A stretch of DNA of 64,000 nt from Rhizodiscina lignyota (Eukaryota). Below, piece after piece: positions 29,445 to 43,252 of this stretch (position 1 is the first letter of the stretch; each line of letters begins with the position of its first letter). The position numbers and the translations under genes are program-made. The notes beneath the pieces are model-generated. The model saw only the letters and a program-made list of their open reading frames with translations, had not been told where the DNA came from and ran no database searches. Location: assembly GCA_010015805.1 (NCBI GenBank), contig ML978126.1, forward strand, positions 2,046,001-2,110,000. The letters run 5' to 3'.

Positions 29445-31258
29445 ATGGCATCAGTTCAAGATGACGAGCAACCAACTATCCCGGGTACGGTGCACCTGGT
29501 GGATCTAGAGGGTACGATGCATTCGAAGCACGCTACTGGAAAGAATGTGAAGGATGTCGTTCTCGTTCCTGCGCCTTCGTCCGATCCAGATGACCCCCTC
29601 AATTGGAGTCCTCGCCGGAAAGCGCTCGCAATAACTTGCATGTGTGTGTATACACTGATGGTTGGCATTGCTTCTGCAGCCATCTATTCCGTCCTGGTTC
29701 CCATCAGTACCGCCACTGGGCTTACTCTCGGTGACCTCAATGCTGGCACGGGCTATATGTTTCTGTTCTTTGGATGGGGTTGTCTCGTCTGGCAGCCGCT
29801 TGCGCTGCAGTATGGCAAGAGACCGGTGTACCTTGTCAGCATGCTGGCGACATTGGCGATACAAGTGTGGGCGCCGTTTACGAAAACTAATGGCCAGTGG
29901 ATCGCGAACAAGATTCTTCAAGGCTTCTTTGGTGCACCAATTGAGAGCCTGTGCGAGATCACGGTTAGTTCTTTCTAGATGTATGTATACGTAAGTGATG
30001 AACTTTGATTGACGATTTCACAGTGCTGCGATCTTTACTTTCAGCATCAGCGCGGCGCCTATATTGCGCTCTATGGGCTCCTTCTTGCTGGAAGCAACTT
30101 TTTCGCACCAATCATTGCTGGTTTCATAGCCGATGGACAAGGCTGGCAGTGGGTGCTAGTAAGATCATGTCCCCCATATGGTTTTCTTTGCGTGGGCTGA
30201 CTTCTGTACTTAGTACTGGTGCGCTATATTCTGTGGGATTGGCTTCGTATTCCTCTTTTTCTTTATGGAAGGTGAGACTTTTTCAATCAGGAGCCCCCGC
30301 TGCGACTTACATCTCATCAGAAACAAACTACACTCGCAGTCCAATCCACGGAGACACTCCCACTTCTGCATCAGAGCAATCGAGTGAAGCTGTCGGCACA
30401 GAGAAACAGCTGGACGAGAAAGCTATTGCTCCAGTTGACAATCCAGTTGCGGAAACAGGCAATACAACTCTACCACCTTCGAGGAAGACATATATCCAGA
30501 AGCTTTACCTGTTCCAGTCGATGGATCTGAATAAGCCAAATCAGCTCAAGGGTATGGTTATGCGGCCGCTCATCTTCCTCACTTTCCCCGTCGTCTTCTA
30601 CGCGGGCTTCTCATATGGAAGTAGTCTTGTCTGGTTCAATGTCCTCAATGGCACGGCTTCGCTTATTCTGGGCGAGACGTATGGATTTCCTGCATCAATG
30701 GTGGGACTGACGTACATTTCACCGCTGATTGGAGTTGCCATTGCTGCGTTCTACACTGGAATCATCGGCGATCGATTCACTCTAAAGATGGCCCGCCGTA
30801 ATGGTGGTATCTTGGAATCCGAGTTCCGTCTCTGGCTCTTCGCACCATCCGTTATCCTGGTCCCTTGGGCTCTGATCCAATGGGGTGTCGGTGCTGCTCA
30901 TCACATCCACTGGTTTGGTTGTGTCTTTGCCATGTGCCTCATTGCGATTACCAACACCGTAGGCATCCAACTATCCGTCTCATACAACATCGACAGCTAT
31001 CGAGCACTCGCTGGAGATAGCCTGGTCACTGTGATCATTGTCCGGAACACGATGAGCTTCGCAATAGGCTACGGTATCACGCCGTGGATCAATAATATGG
31101 GGCTGCAGAACGCGTTCATAACAGCTGCATTCGTTGGGATGGCTCAAGTCTTGACGGTCTTGATTTTCATCAAGTGTGGGAAAGGGATACGGGAGCGGAG
31201 CATTAGAAGATATGAGAAGTATTTGCAGCAAATGGTGGAAGGGGGATTGGCTCATTGA
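29445..31258 (+). CDS. MFS transporter (Hol1/DHA1-like); introns 29964-30023, 30159-30213, 30272-30320
   Basis: PSSDPDDPLNWSPRRK, YGKRPVYL, DLYFQHQRG, EETNY, ESEFRLW, multiple hydrophobic helices; three GT-AG introns restore one frame. Confidence 0.88.
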
Positions 31259-32040
31259 TAGAATACTCGCAGCTCTTCGGAAGGTGCATGTCATAGAGAA
31301 TTTAGAATCTGAATCGCAATATTCCGCAAGGGTGATTGCCTACTTATTACGATGCTCAAGGTATACTCTTCTTTAGGAAGTTGAACTACCGTCCATAATA
31401 GAATGGAATGCCTAATTGTCAAATCTGATCAGGTCGGAAGAGTTCACTGGGGAGACGTCGATAGCTATGGGAGAGCGTTAATCATTTCGGACGAAATGCT
31501 GTCTCTTACCATTTCCGTATCGGGACTTTCAGGACTGGAGCGTAAAAGCCACAATCAACATCGTACCGTATCCCGGTCTTACATATACTCCGTAACAGAG
31601 TGGGAGTGGATTTAGGGAGGGATCCCTTTGTAATGTCGCGCCAAGACTTGATGTTTGTGTCACGGGCGGAGCGGACCTGGCGGGGCAACGACACAGGGCA
31701 GCTCTGTGGTATCTTACAAGTTTTGCATATTTTCGTGAGTTAAAAATTTTAATTTTTTTTTAAAGATTTCTGTAGGCCTCTAATGGGACGAGCACCACTG
31801 GCATACTGGGGTCAATCAAAGTTCGAATCTGAGCAGAATCTCGAACGTCTTGACGCATATGAGAGCGAGCACGACTCCACCATCAAGCCACTTTGCTACT
31901 GGTCGTGCCGTTTTCAACGAAGGCAGACTCCTGAACAGCTGAACCAACATCGCACCTTTCGGCACGCGCTCTCGTGAAATGGATCATCTTTACTAGCAAC
32001 AAAGAGTAGGACTAAGGATCAGGCCTTAGTACGCAGCGCA

Positions 32041-33168
32041 ATGTTGCGACAGCAACTCCTAAGAAGGACGGCCGCTCAGGCCAAAAAGGGCCTTTCACAA
32101 CAGAAAGGCATTCATGCCAGTTCTATAAAACGAATTCTCAGCGCTCCTAAGCCCCGAGCCAGTCCAAACCAAGAGAGAAATGTCAACGAGACCCTGAAAT
32201 TCAACCCGCCAGATTCCGTCGGAGCGAGGGAAGCCATTATAAAACGGCTTGAGGATGCCGTTGCTCGGGGACAGCTTCCTCCAGTGCGAGTTCTTCGCCC
32301 TTCAGTATTTTGTCTAATAGCAGCCGGCTTAATATATCTCGGTTGCGCTGCTTATGAGGTTCACCAAGACGTCAAAGCCACAAAGGCAAAGTTGCCTGTC
32401 GCCGCTAGAATCACATTCGACATGATCGAAGCAAACGGACGCAATACCCGTATTCAGGAAGCCTTCCATCCAATGCCGCCGTTCGACCTGTCCCGCCCTG
32501 GAGCCACATGGAATGGACTGTCAGGCCCGAACCAAGTGTTTGCCACCATCGCGGGCTTGAACATGGGCCTTTATGCACTACAGGCCACAGCGACCCCTTC
32601 ACTTTCGTATTACCTTTCGCATATACCGATCACGAACAGAAACTATACACATTTCACCTCCATGTTTGGACACGCCGGCCTCGCACATCTTGGTCTGAAC
32701 CTCTTTGCTCTATTCAACTTCGGCCCTGCCGTGGCCAAAACTCGCACATTCGAAGCCAGCGGCAGTCATTTGACGGCATTCTATCTCTCGGCAGGTCTAT
32801 TCTCCAGCTTGGCAGACCATTTCTCATCCATCTTGGGTGCGGGCCGAAGCCGTTTCATACCAGCCATGGGCGCGAGTGGTGCCATCATGGCCGTACTTGG
32901 CGCGTTTGCCATGTCGTATCCGAATGCGGGGGTTGGTATTATCTTTATTCCTATTAGCATTCCTGCGCAGTACGGGTTCGCTGCGCTTCTGGCTTACGAG
33001 ACGTACGGAGTGGTTCGAGGCTTTTCTGGTTCACGTATCGCACACGGGGCACATCTTGGAGGGTTGTTGGTTGGATCGGCGTACGTTTATATCAATGGAA
33101 AGAAGAATATCTGGACACCGACACGCAGGTTTGCATACAACCAGATGGCGCGTTTGAATATGATCTAG
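32041..33168 (+). CDS. Rhomboid-family intramembrane serine protease, mitochondrial (Pcp1/PARL-like), intronless
   Basis: Basic N-terminal presequence-like region; SMFGH..HLGLN, catalytic GASG, AHGAHLGG. Confidence 0.85.
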   Translation: MLRQQLLRRTAAQAKKGLSQQKGIHASSIKRILSAPKPRASPNQERNVNETLKFNPPDSVGAREAIIKRLEDAVARGQLPPVRVLRPSVFCLIAAGLIYLGCAAYEVHQDVKATKAKLPVAARITFDMIEANGRNTRIQEAFHPMPPFDLSRPGATWNGLSGPNQVFATIAGLNMGLYALQATATPSLSYYLSHIPITNRNYTHFTSMFGHAGLAHLGLNLFALFNFGPAVAKTRTFEASGSHLTAFYLSAGLFSSLADHFSSILGAGRSRFIPAMGASGAIMAVLGAFAMSYPNAGVGIIFIPISIPAQYGFAALLAYETYGVVRGFSGSRIAHGAHLGGLLVGSAYVYINGKKNIWTPTRRFAYNQMARLNMI

Positions 33169-33220
33169 GGCCTGTTTGCTCACTCAAAACTACGGCATGG
33201 AATGGCTTGGTGCCGAGGGT

Positions 33221-33257
33221 GAAGAAGAAAAAAAGAAAGAAAGAAAGAAAGAAGAAA
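33221..33257 (+). repeat. (AAAG)n purine microsatellite in the rhomboid 3' flank
   Basis: gaagaagaaaaaaagaaagaaagaaagaaagaagaaa. Confidence 0.8.
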
Positions 33258-33952
33258 CCTCCCAGACAAACGGCTTCTTGTGCGATAATTGGATAGGAAG
33301 AGAAACCGAAAGCAATTTCGGTACTTGAATGTCCTATAGTGTCTGCTTCTAAGTGGATAGAAAAGAAGCTGTATTTTAACCATACCAAGTACAGCATCAC
33401 CGATCTCTACTGTTAATCGTCGTGCTATTCTTCGAGCGAATATCCCCAGCAATTCTGTCAGTCATATGCATTGAACTCGAAACGGCAGTCTATCAATGCG
33501 TGGAACTAGGGTGGCGATAGTGGCAGAGCGGCGAGGACAAATCGAATAAAGTTGTGTGAGGACTGTGTTGTTGAAGATAAAATACCTGTGGAAATGGCCG
33601 GCGTAGAAGACGTCCTTCCGGGAGCTGAACGGGAGGCGACAATTGCGTTTAGTGGTGTTGGGAGTTAGTTTGTATTCTCCGCACGGTACCTTGAAGTTTT
33701 GATGAACTCGGATTCACATGAGAAGCTGAACACTACGAGCCTGGCGTGAGGCAAAATACAGAGCTCCGGTGCATCGGTCGATTCACAAATCTTTCATGTT
33801 CTAAGTTCATCGTGAAATAAATCAAGAGAATGAAGCATACCCTGTACACGAGGTTCCACTGCACGAGTTGTTGAAATGCGCGTCTATTTAGCAAGCTCTC
33901 ATACATACATTTGTCTCCAACTCCCGATCCCAAGTCCAACTCCGAAGGAGGC

Positions 33953-34956
33953 TCATCGCGCAACATATCCGCCATCGACTGACACGCAAGCACCGGTCAT
34001 CCAACTGGCGTCATCGCTTGCGAGGACAACAGCCATTTTGGCGATATCTTCGGGCCTTCCGGGACCTCGAAACGGATACATCTGGTTCATTGCCTCCATC
34101 GAGACCATGTGTTTTGTCGTCTCAGCGAATATAGCAGTTTGAACGTCTAGGCTTGGTTAGCACACGAGACTTGAAAGTGGGATGGAAGATTCTCACGTCC
34201 TGGGTTAATCGCATTGCAATGGATAAGGTGGGGTGAATAGTCAACCGATATGTTTCGCGTGAGATTGCTCACGGCACCTTTGGATGCACAGTATGATGCT
34301 TTGAGACAGTTAGCTGCCCTGCTTATTACACCTCGTCATCCCTGAATATGTCAAAGCGAAACATACGGTTATTCGCGCCCCCGACGAGACCGTATATCGA
34401 CGAGATATTGATGATCCAGCCTCTATCACCACATGGATGCGGTTCCTGTGCGAGCATCTGGGTAATAGCGTACTTGCAGCCCAAAAAAACAGATTTGGCA
34501 TTTATGCTCATGGTCAAGTCCCATGTCTCTTCGCTCGTCGTATGTACGGGTTGTGGATTCCGTGCTTCGAGCGCTATGCCGGCGTTATTTACCATACTGA
34601 ATGTTGTGGTCAGCTCATCGTTTCCGGAAAACCGGAGAGTGTAGTACTCGCACGTCCAGGCGACCATACTGAGCCACCGCTTTCTCCACCAGGCTCTCGA
34701 CGTCTGCTGCGATGCCGACATTGCATTCCACAAAGATGGCGTCGCCACCTGCTTGCTGGATAAGTCCATGCGTATCAACGGCCGTCTCTCCTGGCACTTC
34801 AGCTCTTGCTGTTGAGCGAATATCTGCACACACGACTTTTGCCCCCTCCTGTGCATAAAGCAGAGAAATTGCTCGACCAAGTCCGGAACTGGAGCCCGTG
34901 ACAATGGCGACTTTGTCTTGGAGACGGCCGGGAGGTTTGGTAGATGTGGCAGTCAT
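33953..34956 (-). CDS. Classical short-chain dehydrogenase/reductase; introns 34597-34651 (GC-AG), 34299-34366, 34147-34196
   Basis: VAIVTGSSSGLG, GRLDV|MVNNAG, INISSIYG, catalytic YCASK, NAINPG, C-terminal TGACVSVDGGYVAR*. Confidence 0.88.
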
Positions 34957-35439
34957 GATGATGAACAGAATAAAGGAAACGGAGTAGAGAATTGAAATGG
35001 GTCGAGATCAAGTCAGTTTTGAACAAAGTGTTGAGAGATACTTATACCGAGAGCTGCATCGTGATCGGACGGCAGCCTGCGAAAGTAGCTTATGAACAGC
35101 TCCAGCAATGTTGGGCCGGTGCACGTAACGGCAAGATTGCCGAGTCAATCAAGTGTTGAACAGCTAAGTGGAAGCTCCGTCAGTGTCCAACTTACTAGCT
35201 TACATCGTGACAAGTGGACATGAACACTGTTGAAGCCTTTTGGCTTGAAGTTCCAAATACCTCACGCCGAATTAAGTAACTTTCGCGGTAGGGCTGAGCA
35301 GCCTCGTCCTTTGAAACTTATCCTGGAAGGAAATTTACGCGAGCAATTAACCCCCCATTTCACACTTTCAATACCATTTCCTACGCATCGTCCACCGGCA
35401 AGCCTTCCCTTCGCGAACAACATCATAACCTTCCGAGAA

Positions 35440-35936
35440 ATGAAGATCCTAACCCTCAACTTCCTCACCTGCGCGCGCAAGACGTGCAAGTCCTCCCCCG
35501 CCGCCTTCCCTCTGCACCCCCGCGACGCGGAGCTCGAGATCGTGGAGACCGAGTTCAACGCGCTTTTCATCCAAAATATACTGCCACGGGTCGAGTGGGA
35601 TGCGCTGAAGGGGTTGTGTACAGAGGTTAGTCTCTAGCATTTTCTTTCTGCTCTTAGAATGTATTCGAGGTGCTGATGATAGAATTTATCAAACAGCTCG
35701 GGCTCACAAACGTCCCACCAGAAGCGCCTGAACCCAAAGAGCTTTTCGACACGTCTATAAAATCGGCGGGTATAGATGAGAAGGAGAAGGAGCCGACGCA
35801 ATTGACACGAGACCTGCATAATCTGCTCCTCGAGACGACGATACAGTCCGGGAAGTTGGTGTGTGGAAACTGTGGGCACGAATATGCGATTAAGGAGGGC
35901 ATCGCAAACTTCTTGTTGCCAAGCCATATGGTGTGA
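35440..35936 (+). CDS. TRM112: Trm112 methyltransferase activator subunit; intron 35626-35696
   Basis: MKILTLNFLTCARKTCK..FPLH; GKLVCGNCGHEYAIKEGIANFLLPSH. Confidence 0.92.
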
Positions 35937-36811
35937 AATGAAGGGAACATGATGAGGATGAAAATATCCAATGGACGCTTAAGGGCGGTCATATGAGCTC
36001 TCTACGATGATATTGATTGGACGGTCTATATTGAAGAGCGCTATGAACCCTTTCAAGGAGGGATCTGTTCGCTCTTCTGGGCAGCGATTAAACGAAGCTG
36101 CAGGCAAGTCCGGCGCATATTCATGCCGTGCAGCTCGGACGTGGCGGTGGCATGTCATATGTCAACCGGATAGAAGAACAGCGATGGCGGACGACTGCAT
36201 TCACGAGTCGAAGCGACTGGAGCAAATGTCACACTGGTCACCACGTCACGAAAAGATAGAGTCGTCAAAGATCAGAATGATCTTATATTCAAGCCTTCCA
36301 TTGCGCTCCCTTCAACGTTCAATGCCCGCTTCATGCTTCACATCGACGGACCATGTCGAGCCCAGCTCATCACTCCCAGCTCCCGCTCCATCCGCAATTG
36401 CGCAGATCTGTTCTACAATGCAAAGAAAAAAGGCAGAGAAGAAAAGACGGCAAGAAAAACAAAATTAGAGAGTCGAGTCGACTTTATGTATCTCATCTCG
36501 ACTTCCCCATTCAACGCTGACAAAGTCGCAACGCATCCCAAAACCATATGCTTCAAATGAGGTCGACAAACACCAACGTTCACTATAGAGAAAAAGGGAA
36601 TCCAGTTGAGAAGCCGGTGATGCTTGTTTTCTTTCCATTGCTGTAACCGCCAATCCGTCCACTCCAAGACACGCCGGCCATGCAGAAAGTTGAGAAGTGC
36701 GGATGCCCTCCGAAGTGCCGTCGGAAAGTCTGAGTTGATGCTTCTTGACGCCGATGAAAACTTTTAGAGAAGCCTTGAAATGACAGTTGCGGTTTTCGAT
36801 TTACAAGACGA

Positions 36812-39800
36812 TTAGTTGAGGAAACCTTTACAACCGACGGAACCTGATAAATAGATACATTAGTCTCATTGGCTACAAATGTGAGTTTATGTGAACCAAA
36901 CTTACCGCATAGACATGGAATACGATCGTCAGAATTGATCTCACGCTCAAACTTGTAGTCATAGGTGAGTTCTTCGTCTTTGGCGATATCTACACAGCAA
37001 AGTTAGCACTCGTTTCTGAACCAAACACCTGAGATTCGCAACATACCTCTGCAGCTGTAGATGCAGATCCTCGAAGTCCCCTCTGACTGAATGATCTTCG
37101 CCGTGCAATTAGGTGTACAGCTATGATTAATGAATCTCGCGATACCACCCTTCTTAGTCGCATCAATAACCGAGTCATCACCAATGCGGAAGAGATAGCT
37201 GCTGCCGATACCCTGCTTGAGATATCGCTCCTCACGAAGATTGGCGACTCGCTGGCGGACCTTCTCGCCGACGTATTCGATGATGAAGTCGTTGGCTTGA
37301 ATGTCTTCGCCGGCGTAGAGACCCCAGTTGTGGATTGCCGAGCGGTCGAAGCGGACGTTCTTCTTGCGCTTGAGGAGCTGATTGAAGCGGAGCGCATCAG
37401 AACTGGCGCCGAGAGTCGCCCTCTGAAGGGTAATGTCGTTTGCCAGTCTTCGGTTGTTGAGGCGATTGGCGCGAGACGATGCCGTGGCAGCGGTCTTGGC
37501 CGCTGCAGCTTTCGCAGCTTCGGACGTAGCGTGTGGATCCATCTTCGCCTTCTTCTCGCGCTCTTCACGCTCTCTCTGAACGCGTATGCGATGCGGGAGG
37601 TACATCGACTTCTCAGACTGGAGGATCTTCTTGAAGCCTTCCGTGCGCGCACTGCCAGTGGAGTTGGGCACATAGTAGCCCTCAATCTTTGTCTCGCTAT
37701 ACAATGGACCATGAGAACCACCATTGTTGAGCGACTTGAACTGTTTCTGCTTGTAGGACCATAGGTCCGCGTCGCTGATCCCAGTCGAAGTATGGCTCTT
37801 GAGTAAGCCTTTTAGCAGCTTAATATCTTCGTCGTCCTTGGCCAACAGTTGCCATCCATCCACATCCATAAGCAAGCCAGGATCGTCCTCCACAGTCTTG
37901 CGAGGGATCTCTTTCGATATGCCCCATTCAATTTCTGGAGGACGTTCCTCTTCTGCCTCCGCCTGGTCGGCCTCCAGGTTCGCCAAGAAGTTCTCGTCCA
38001 GCCCTTGTGCCTTCGCTCGCGCTTTGAGAGCTTCCGCCTCAGCAGCCAGCTCTTTCTTGGTCTTCTTCTTCGGCCTGGCGACAGCAGTCTTCTTCTTAGC
38101 GACAGTCTTGACAGGAAGCGATTCGGGCTCAGGCGTTGCAATAGAGACATCTACAGATGCTGAATCGTCCATGGGTACGTCAACTGCGGACGGAGTGGCA
38201 GACTTTCCAAAGAAGAGGACATCGTCCTCCTCTGCTGTTCGCTTGCGAAGTTTGACTTCCGCAGCAGCTCTTTGTCGGAGTTTGGAAGATCTCGGAAGCG
38301 TGCAGAGAACCTGTTCAAGCTCGTGCGCCGCCATGTCCTCTGGTTGCTTGCCAATCAAGTGACCAAGAGAACGCCGCGCAATCGCTTCGATTTGCTCATC
38401 GTCGCTGTCCGCACCCCATCCAGCCTCCAATCTCCTGCGTTTGTGCCTGGGCTGGAGATCTTCTTCAATGCCCGGGCTAGCCCTACTGATTGGCCTGCTT
38501 TCGGGAGCCTCCGAGCCCCTGGTTAAGATAGTCCGCTTCTCGTCTTCTGATTCGTCCTCGCTCTCATCAAAGGCCATAAGACGGCGATGGAGTGACTGCA
38601 CGGCGGGTCGACGAGTCGGCACCGGACGCTTGCGGCGCTCATCCAGGAAGGCATTAATAGGACGTGGAAGAAGATCCTTTCGTCTACCACCACGTTCAAA
38701 ACGTCCAGGTCGTCCTCTATGCCCAGCAAAACCATGGGCCCTGGAATCTGGCGTTCCAACAGATGGTGACATGTCACCCTTGAGAAGGGGGAGCGTGGGA
38801 GCAACTTTGTCATTGCTCCGGGGGTCTTCAATGCTGTATTTCCGTCTCTTCGCGACATGTCTATCCGGATCGAGAAGATCGTATAGTGCTGGTGCAGCAA
38901 TCCTCGACTTAATATCGCTCATAATAATGTTGCGTAGGGCCGGGACCAGTTCCTCCAAAGCACCTCGCACTGGATCCAGAGCTTCAGCTCTTTGTTTCTT
39001 CTCATTCTCAAAGTCCTTCTCGTCTTGTTCTCTCAACCTTTCCTGCTCTTCCTTGCGTTTCTTCTCCGCCAATACACGCTCTGGGCTTGGACTTCGCTCA
39101 TAATTCGGATTTCCATATTGCTGGCACTCCATATTCATGACGTACGTGAAGAGGGCGCACATATGGCACTCCTTGAAGCACCTAACGCACTCATCCTCAC
39201 CACGCTTCGAGTCCTCAAACACAATAAAGTATCCCGTCTTGTCCACCCTCACCTCCCGCCAATCATACACTTTCAGACGCTTTTTGAGATGAGGAATTGT
39301 GGTACCGAGAACGGGTACATAGCAGCAGGCGATGAAAATGTATGGTCTTCGCTTGATCGTATTAAGGACCGTGTCGTTTTCGACGAGCGCATGCGCAGCG
39401 TTTCTTGGCGCAGCAATTACAGGTGTTCGTGGACCAACTGGTGCGGGTGGAGGTGGAGCGCCTCTGCCGGATGGTCCTTTCGGGGCGCCAGGTGGAGGTC
39501 CTTTTTCTATAACAGAAATTGTTGGGGTGTGTGGCTTTCTCTTTTCTTCCAGAAGCGCTAGCTTCTCTTGTTCCGCGCGCAGTTGCTTGATTTTTCCCTC
39601 GACAAGATTTCTGCAGTTTCGCCCAGTCCTGTCCCGCGTAACCTTGACGACATTGAACCCAATCTTTTGACCCGAGCCCTCTTGCTCCGCGCGCCTTGCA
39701 GCAGTCACAGCCGGTATTGGCGTCCCGCGCAGAGGTTTGCTATCTTTGTATCGAATGAGACATATGCCCAAAAAGCTTCCAGATGCGGGATCTGCTTGAT

Positions 39801-40827
39801 TGGTAAACTCTGCGATCTCCCCATAAGAGCCAAAGATGGTTCGGATTTGCGCTTCCGGAGTCAATGGATCCAGACCTGTCACGACCACCTGTTTTGGTGG
39901 AGTAAACCACTCGTCGTGCCTAGGGTCAATGGCATGCATTTTGGCGAGATATGGGGCGACTCGCAATTTCGCCTTGTTCTGTGCACCCTTTCGGTTGTAC
40001 AGTCCTTCTGTATAGCCCGCAATTGCAAGCCGAGGATCTGGTGGGGGGAGCGGATTGGACTACACAGAATCGTTAGGAAATGTATAAAAGGCAAAAAGTG
40101 CATGCGCAAGCGCTGAGAAACCGTGAAGACATACCTCATGACCGAATTGCTTGTATTTCGCCTTGAACCTCTTCTTGTCCTTGGCTGAGAGCTTTTCGTC
40201 AAGTTCGGGATCCCACACCAGCTTCGAACCTTTCTCCTCGCCAGGTCCTGGACGTGCTTGCTGGTGCGTCTCTGGCGGGGTGTGGATCGGTGTGATGGTT
40301 TCAGAGACATTGTTGGATGTTACGTCGGCGGTCGCATAGAGCTCCGCGCTTTTGAGAGTCATGAGATCGCTGGGTGCTTTCGCAGATCGCGGACTCAAAT
40401 TCTTCCCAGGAGGAGAAGAGTCAGTGTTTGTGAGAGGAGTAAGAGCATGTTGGTGACCAGAGACGCCAGTGTAAGTAGCCATGTTCGGCTGTGCGCCGTG
40501 ACTGAACACAGACGACGCAGTGCTGGCGAGGGAGCTCGCCGAGCCTACGCCGTTTAGCAAGTCGCCGTTGTCGCCCTTGTGAGAATCATCGTCGTCGCGA
40601 GCAGTGAATATCTTGCCGGGTTCTTTGTGGGCACTTGCGCCGCCAGCCAACTTTTCACCACGCGATGGCTCGGTGCGAGAGCGTTTAGTCGAATATGGAG
40701 TAGCTGAATCCGTATGAGACGCGCCGTTGAGATCTCCCCCTTCCGAAGGCTGCTTCCTCTTCTTGTGGTGCGAGTCTGGCGCCTGAGAGGAAAAGTCCGC
40801 AATGCTACTCGCCGAGGCGCGCGACAT
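36812..40827 (-). CDS. SET1: Histone H3K4 methyltransferase Set1 (RRM, N-SET, SET, post-SET); introns 40060-40134, 36990-37046, 36844-36905
   Basis: [53 protein letters not shown], post-[16 protein letters not shown]. Confidence 0.95.
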
Positions 40828-42116
40828 ACTATGGAGCCACACCTACAAAGGAGACGATCTCCTCATCACCATCCTCGTGTCGAGCAGGTCCCAAAGTATG
40901 CCAACCCAGACGTGAAGTGAGAATGGCGGCGTCGAACACGCGCGAGAGACGTGTTAGCTTTTCTCACGGAGGAACGCGGTGGAGGGGATGTGAGGCGAGC
41001 CACAACGCGACTGCGCACGACAGCAGGATTATGCCGGGGTAGGGAGGTCAGCAGCGAGCGCGGCCAACGCGGAAAATGAGGGTGAGGATGTGTCGAGGAG
41101 CGCTGTTCTCGAGATGCGCACCGCGGGAGGAGCTCTTGAGGTGGAGATCGGGGGTGCAGTGGAGTTGGCAGGACTCATTCCTGGAAGCGAAGAGTCGGTC
41201 GTTGCAAAGAAGGGGCGCCTACCGCCAAGCCTCTAGAGTGACGTTTTGCCTGCACCCGCTCAGCTCACCACTCCGACAATGCCTCCAGCAGCAGCGCGTC
41301 AGCCACCGTGATAATGCGTATAAGCTGCTGCATTCGAGTGCAACAGATACAGCGACCGCCTCACGTCTTCGCCTCGTCGCGCATCGCGTGTGCACATTCG
41401 CCGCCGAGCCGTCCGAGAGGCGTCAGCTCACCATCCGCCTAACTGCACAACCCCCGCGCGGCCATTGATCATCGCGCATGATTCACAAAGCGCGCAATCT
41501 GCTCTGCTTGCGCTGGAGTCGGCGGGCAAACATTCCTCGATTCTTTATGCTTCACTTTGTGCAGCCTTCGCTCTCTCACTATCCATTATCAACTTTGCAC
41601 GTGCCTCACACATAACCCACATAGGTCGCGAAAGTCCTCCGACAGCAGATCAGCTCGCTCTCAGTTCGATCGCTTTCATCGAGAGGCTCGCCGTACGCAT
41701 ACGCAACGTTTCACATCATCTCAGCAGTTATAATTCTATGTACGTCATCGCACTGTGCAGGGGTACGTTCGAAGGAGCGCGAGAGCCATAGTAGTGGATA
41801 TGGTAGTGAACACGATGTGAAGTGGTTTCGCGTGGACTCAAGGTATCGCAGAGAAGGCGAAGGACATCTGTGTGTGGCATATTGTAGAAGGTAGAAGGTA
41901 GAGGAGTGCAGAAAATTCGATGTGTGTGAGTCGAGGGCGAAACTGTCGCCGAACTGTGCCAAGTTAATCTGCACAAATGACCCTTGAACCTGGGATGGGT
42001 TTGTACAGAAAGTTCTTTGGATATCATGCCATTAAATCCATGATGTCGACCTTCGAACGCCATGCTGGCGGCCGGATGAGACCGCAGACGATGCAATAAC
42101 CACGCCCATTCACAGC

Positions 42117-42987
42117 TTAGTCTTGTCGGCCCTTCAACAGTCTCTTGGTCACCTTGTCTTTCTCAATGATGTAGACGTGTGCTCCCCACCCTGAAAGCGC
42201 ATCTCGGTCGACAGCGTTGAGGAGAGCTTGCGAGACGGTCTCGAACAGGTCTTCTGGGCCCTGTGGAACAAAAAGAATCAGCATCAGTGAAATAACTTAA
42301 AGGCTCGCCAAGTAGAAAAGCAGTATGTCCTACCAGATCGGGTTCCCACAGCCCTTCACAAGTTCCAAATAGCTGGTCACTAGCCGTTCCACTAACAATA
42401 AAGTCCTTCGCAAAGTCGATGCACCCAATACTATCGAATCCACAAATGAACGGCTTTCCTGTAGTATGGTTGATCCCCGCAATAACCGGACTAACAAAGT
42501 ACGGTCCAAACCGCCGCTCGTACAGCGAACTGCTGACCAGGTTGGCCATCGTCTGCGGGCTGATCTGCCTCTCCTCGCGCAGCCTGTACATGTTCACCTT
42601 GTAGCGGAAGAGGTCTGCGACGGTGCTGACATCCGTTGCGAGGCCGGTCAGACCGAGGTATACGTCACCGTAGGAGAAGATCTTGGGGAAGTTGTTGGAG
42701 ACTGTGAGGGCTTGGAGGCCAAGGCGGAGGTCGCAGGCGATGGCAACGCAGTCTTTGCCCACCATGGCCACGCAGGCGCCGCCATCTAGAGCAAAGCATT
42801 AGTGTGAGGCAGGGAGAAAGGCGTGTTTGCGGAGGTCTAGCGCACTTATTGAGAAGGGATTCGACTGTGATGTAGTTAGCTTGATGTTCAAATGGCGATA
42901 TCATCTTGGGACGGAGGAGGTGCGGAAGACTCAGAGGACAAATGCAGCTCTGAGAACAGTTCAAAGGGAGCAAAATTGACTTACCAT
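42117..42987 (-). CDS. PUP3: 20S proteasome subunit beta-3; introns 42865-42984, 42786-42845, 42261-42333
   Basis: [49 protein letters not shown]. Confidence 0.95.
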
Positions 42988-43252
42988 GGCTGTATCATGC
43001 ACGAGAGAGGTGTTGTTGGAGGAGTTGAGAGAGGCAGCGGTGGATGTTGAAGCACGCGTTGCGGCTCTCCAGGTTGAAGCTTGGACACGCAGCTCCCTGC
43101 AGCCTCGCGGTGGCATTTCACGAGAGCTCTGTGCAGCAACCACCACACTCTACCATACCACCTAGCAACCCCCTCTACCACCTCTGCCACCCTCTTTACC
43201 GTTACTTTGAGGTCATTCGAACTCTACAAGCGTCAAAGTACTACTCAGAGCT
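42988..43252. promoter_or_regulatory. Bidirectional promoter between proteasome beta3 and alpha7 genes with Rpn4/PACE-like sites
   Basis: 265 bp between divergent ATGs; GGTGGCATT at 43109-43117 (+), GGTGGCAGA at 43183-43191 (-), GGAGCT at 43091-43096 (-). Confidence 0.65.
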
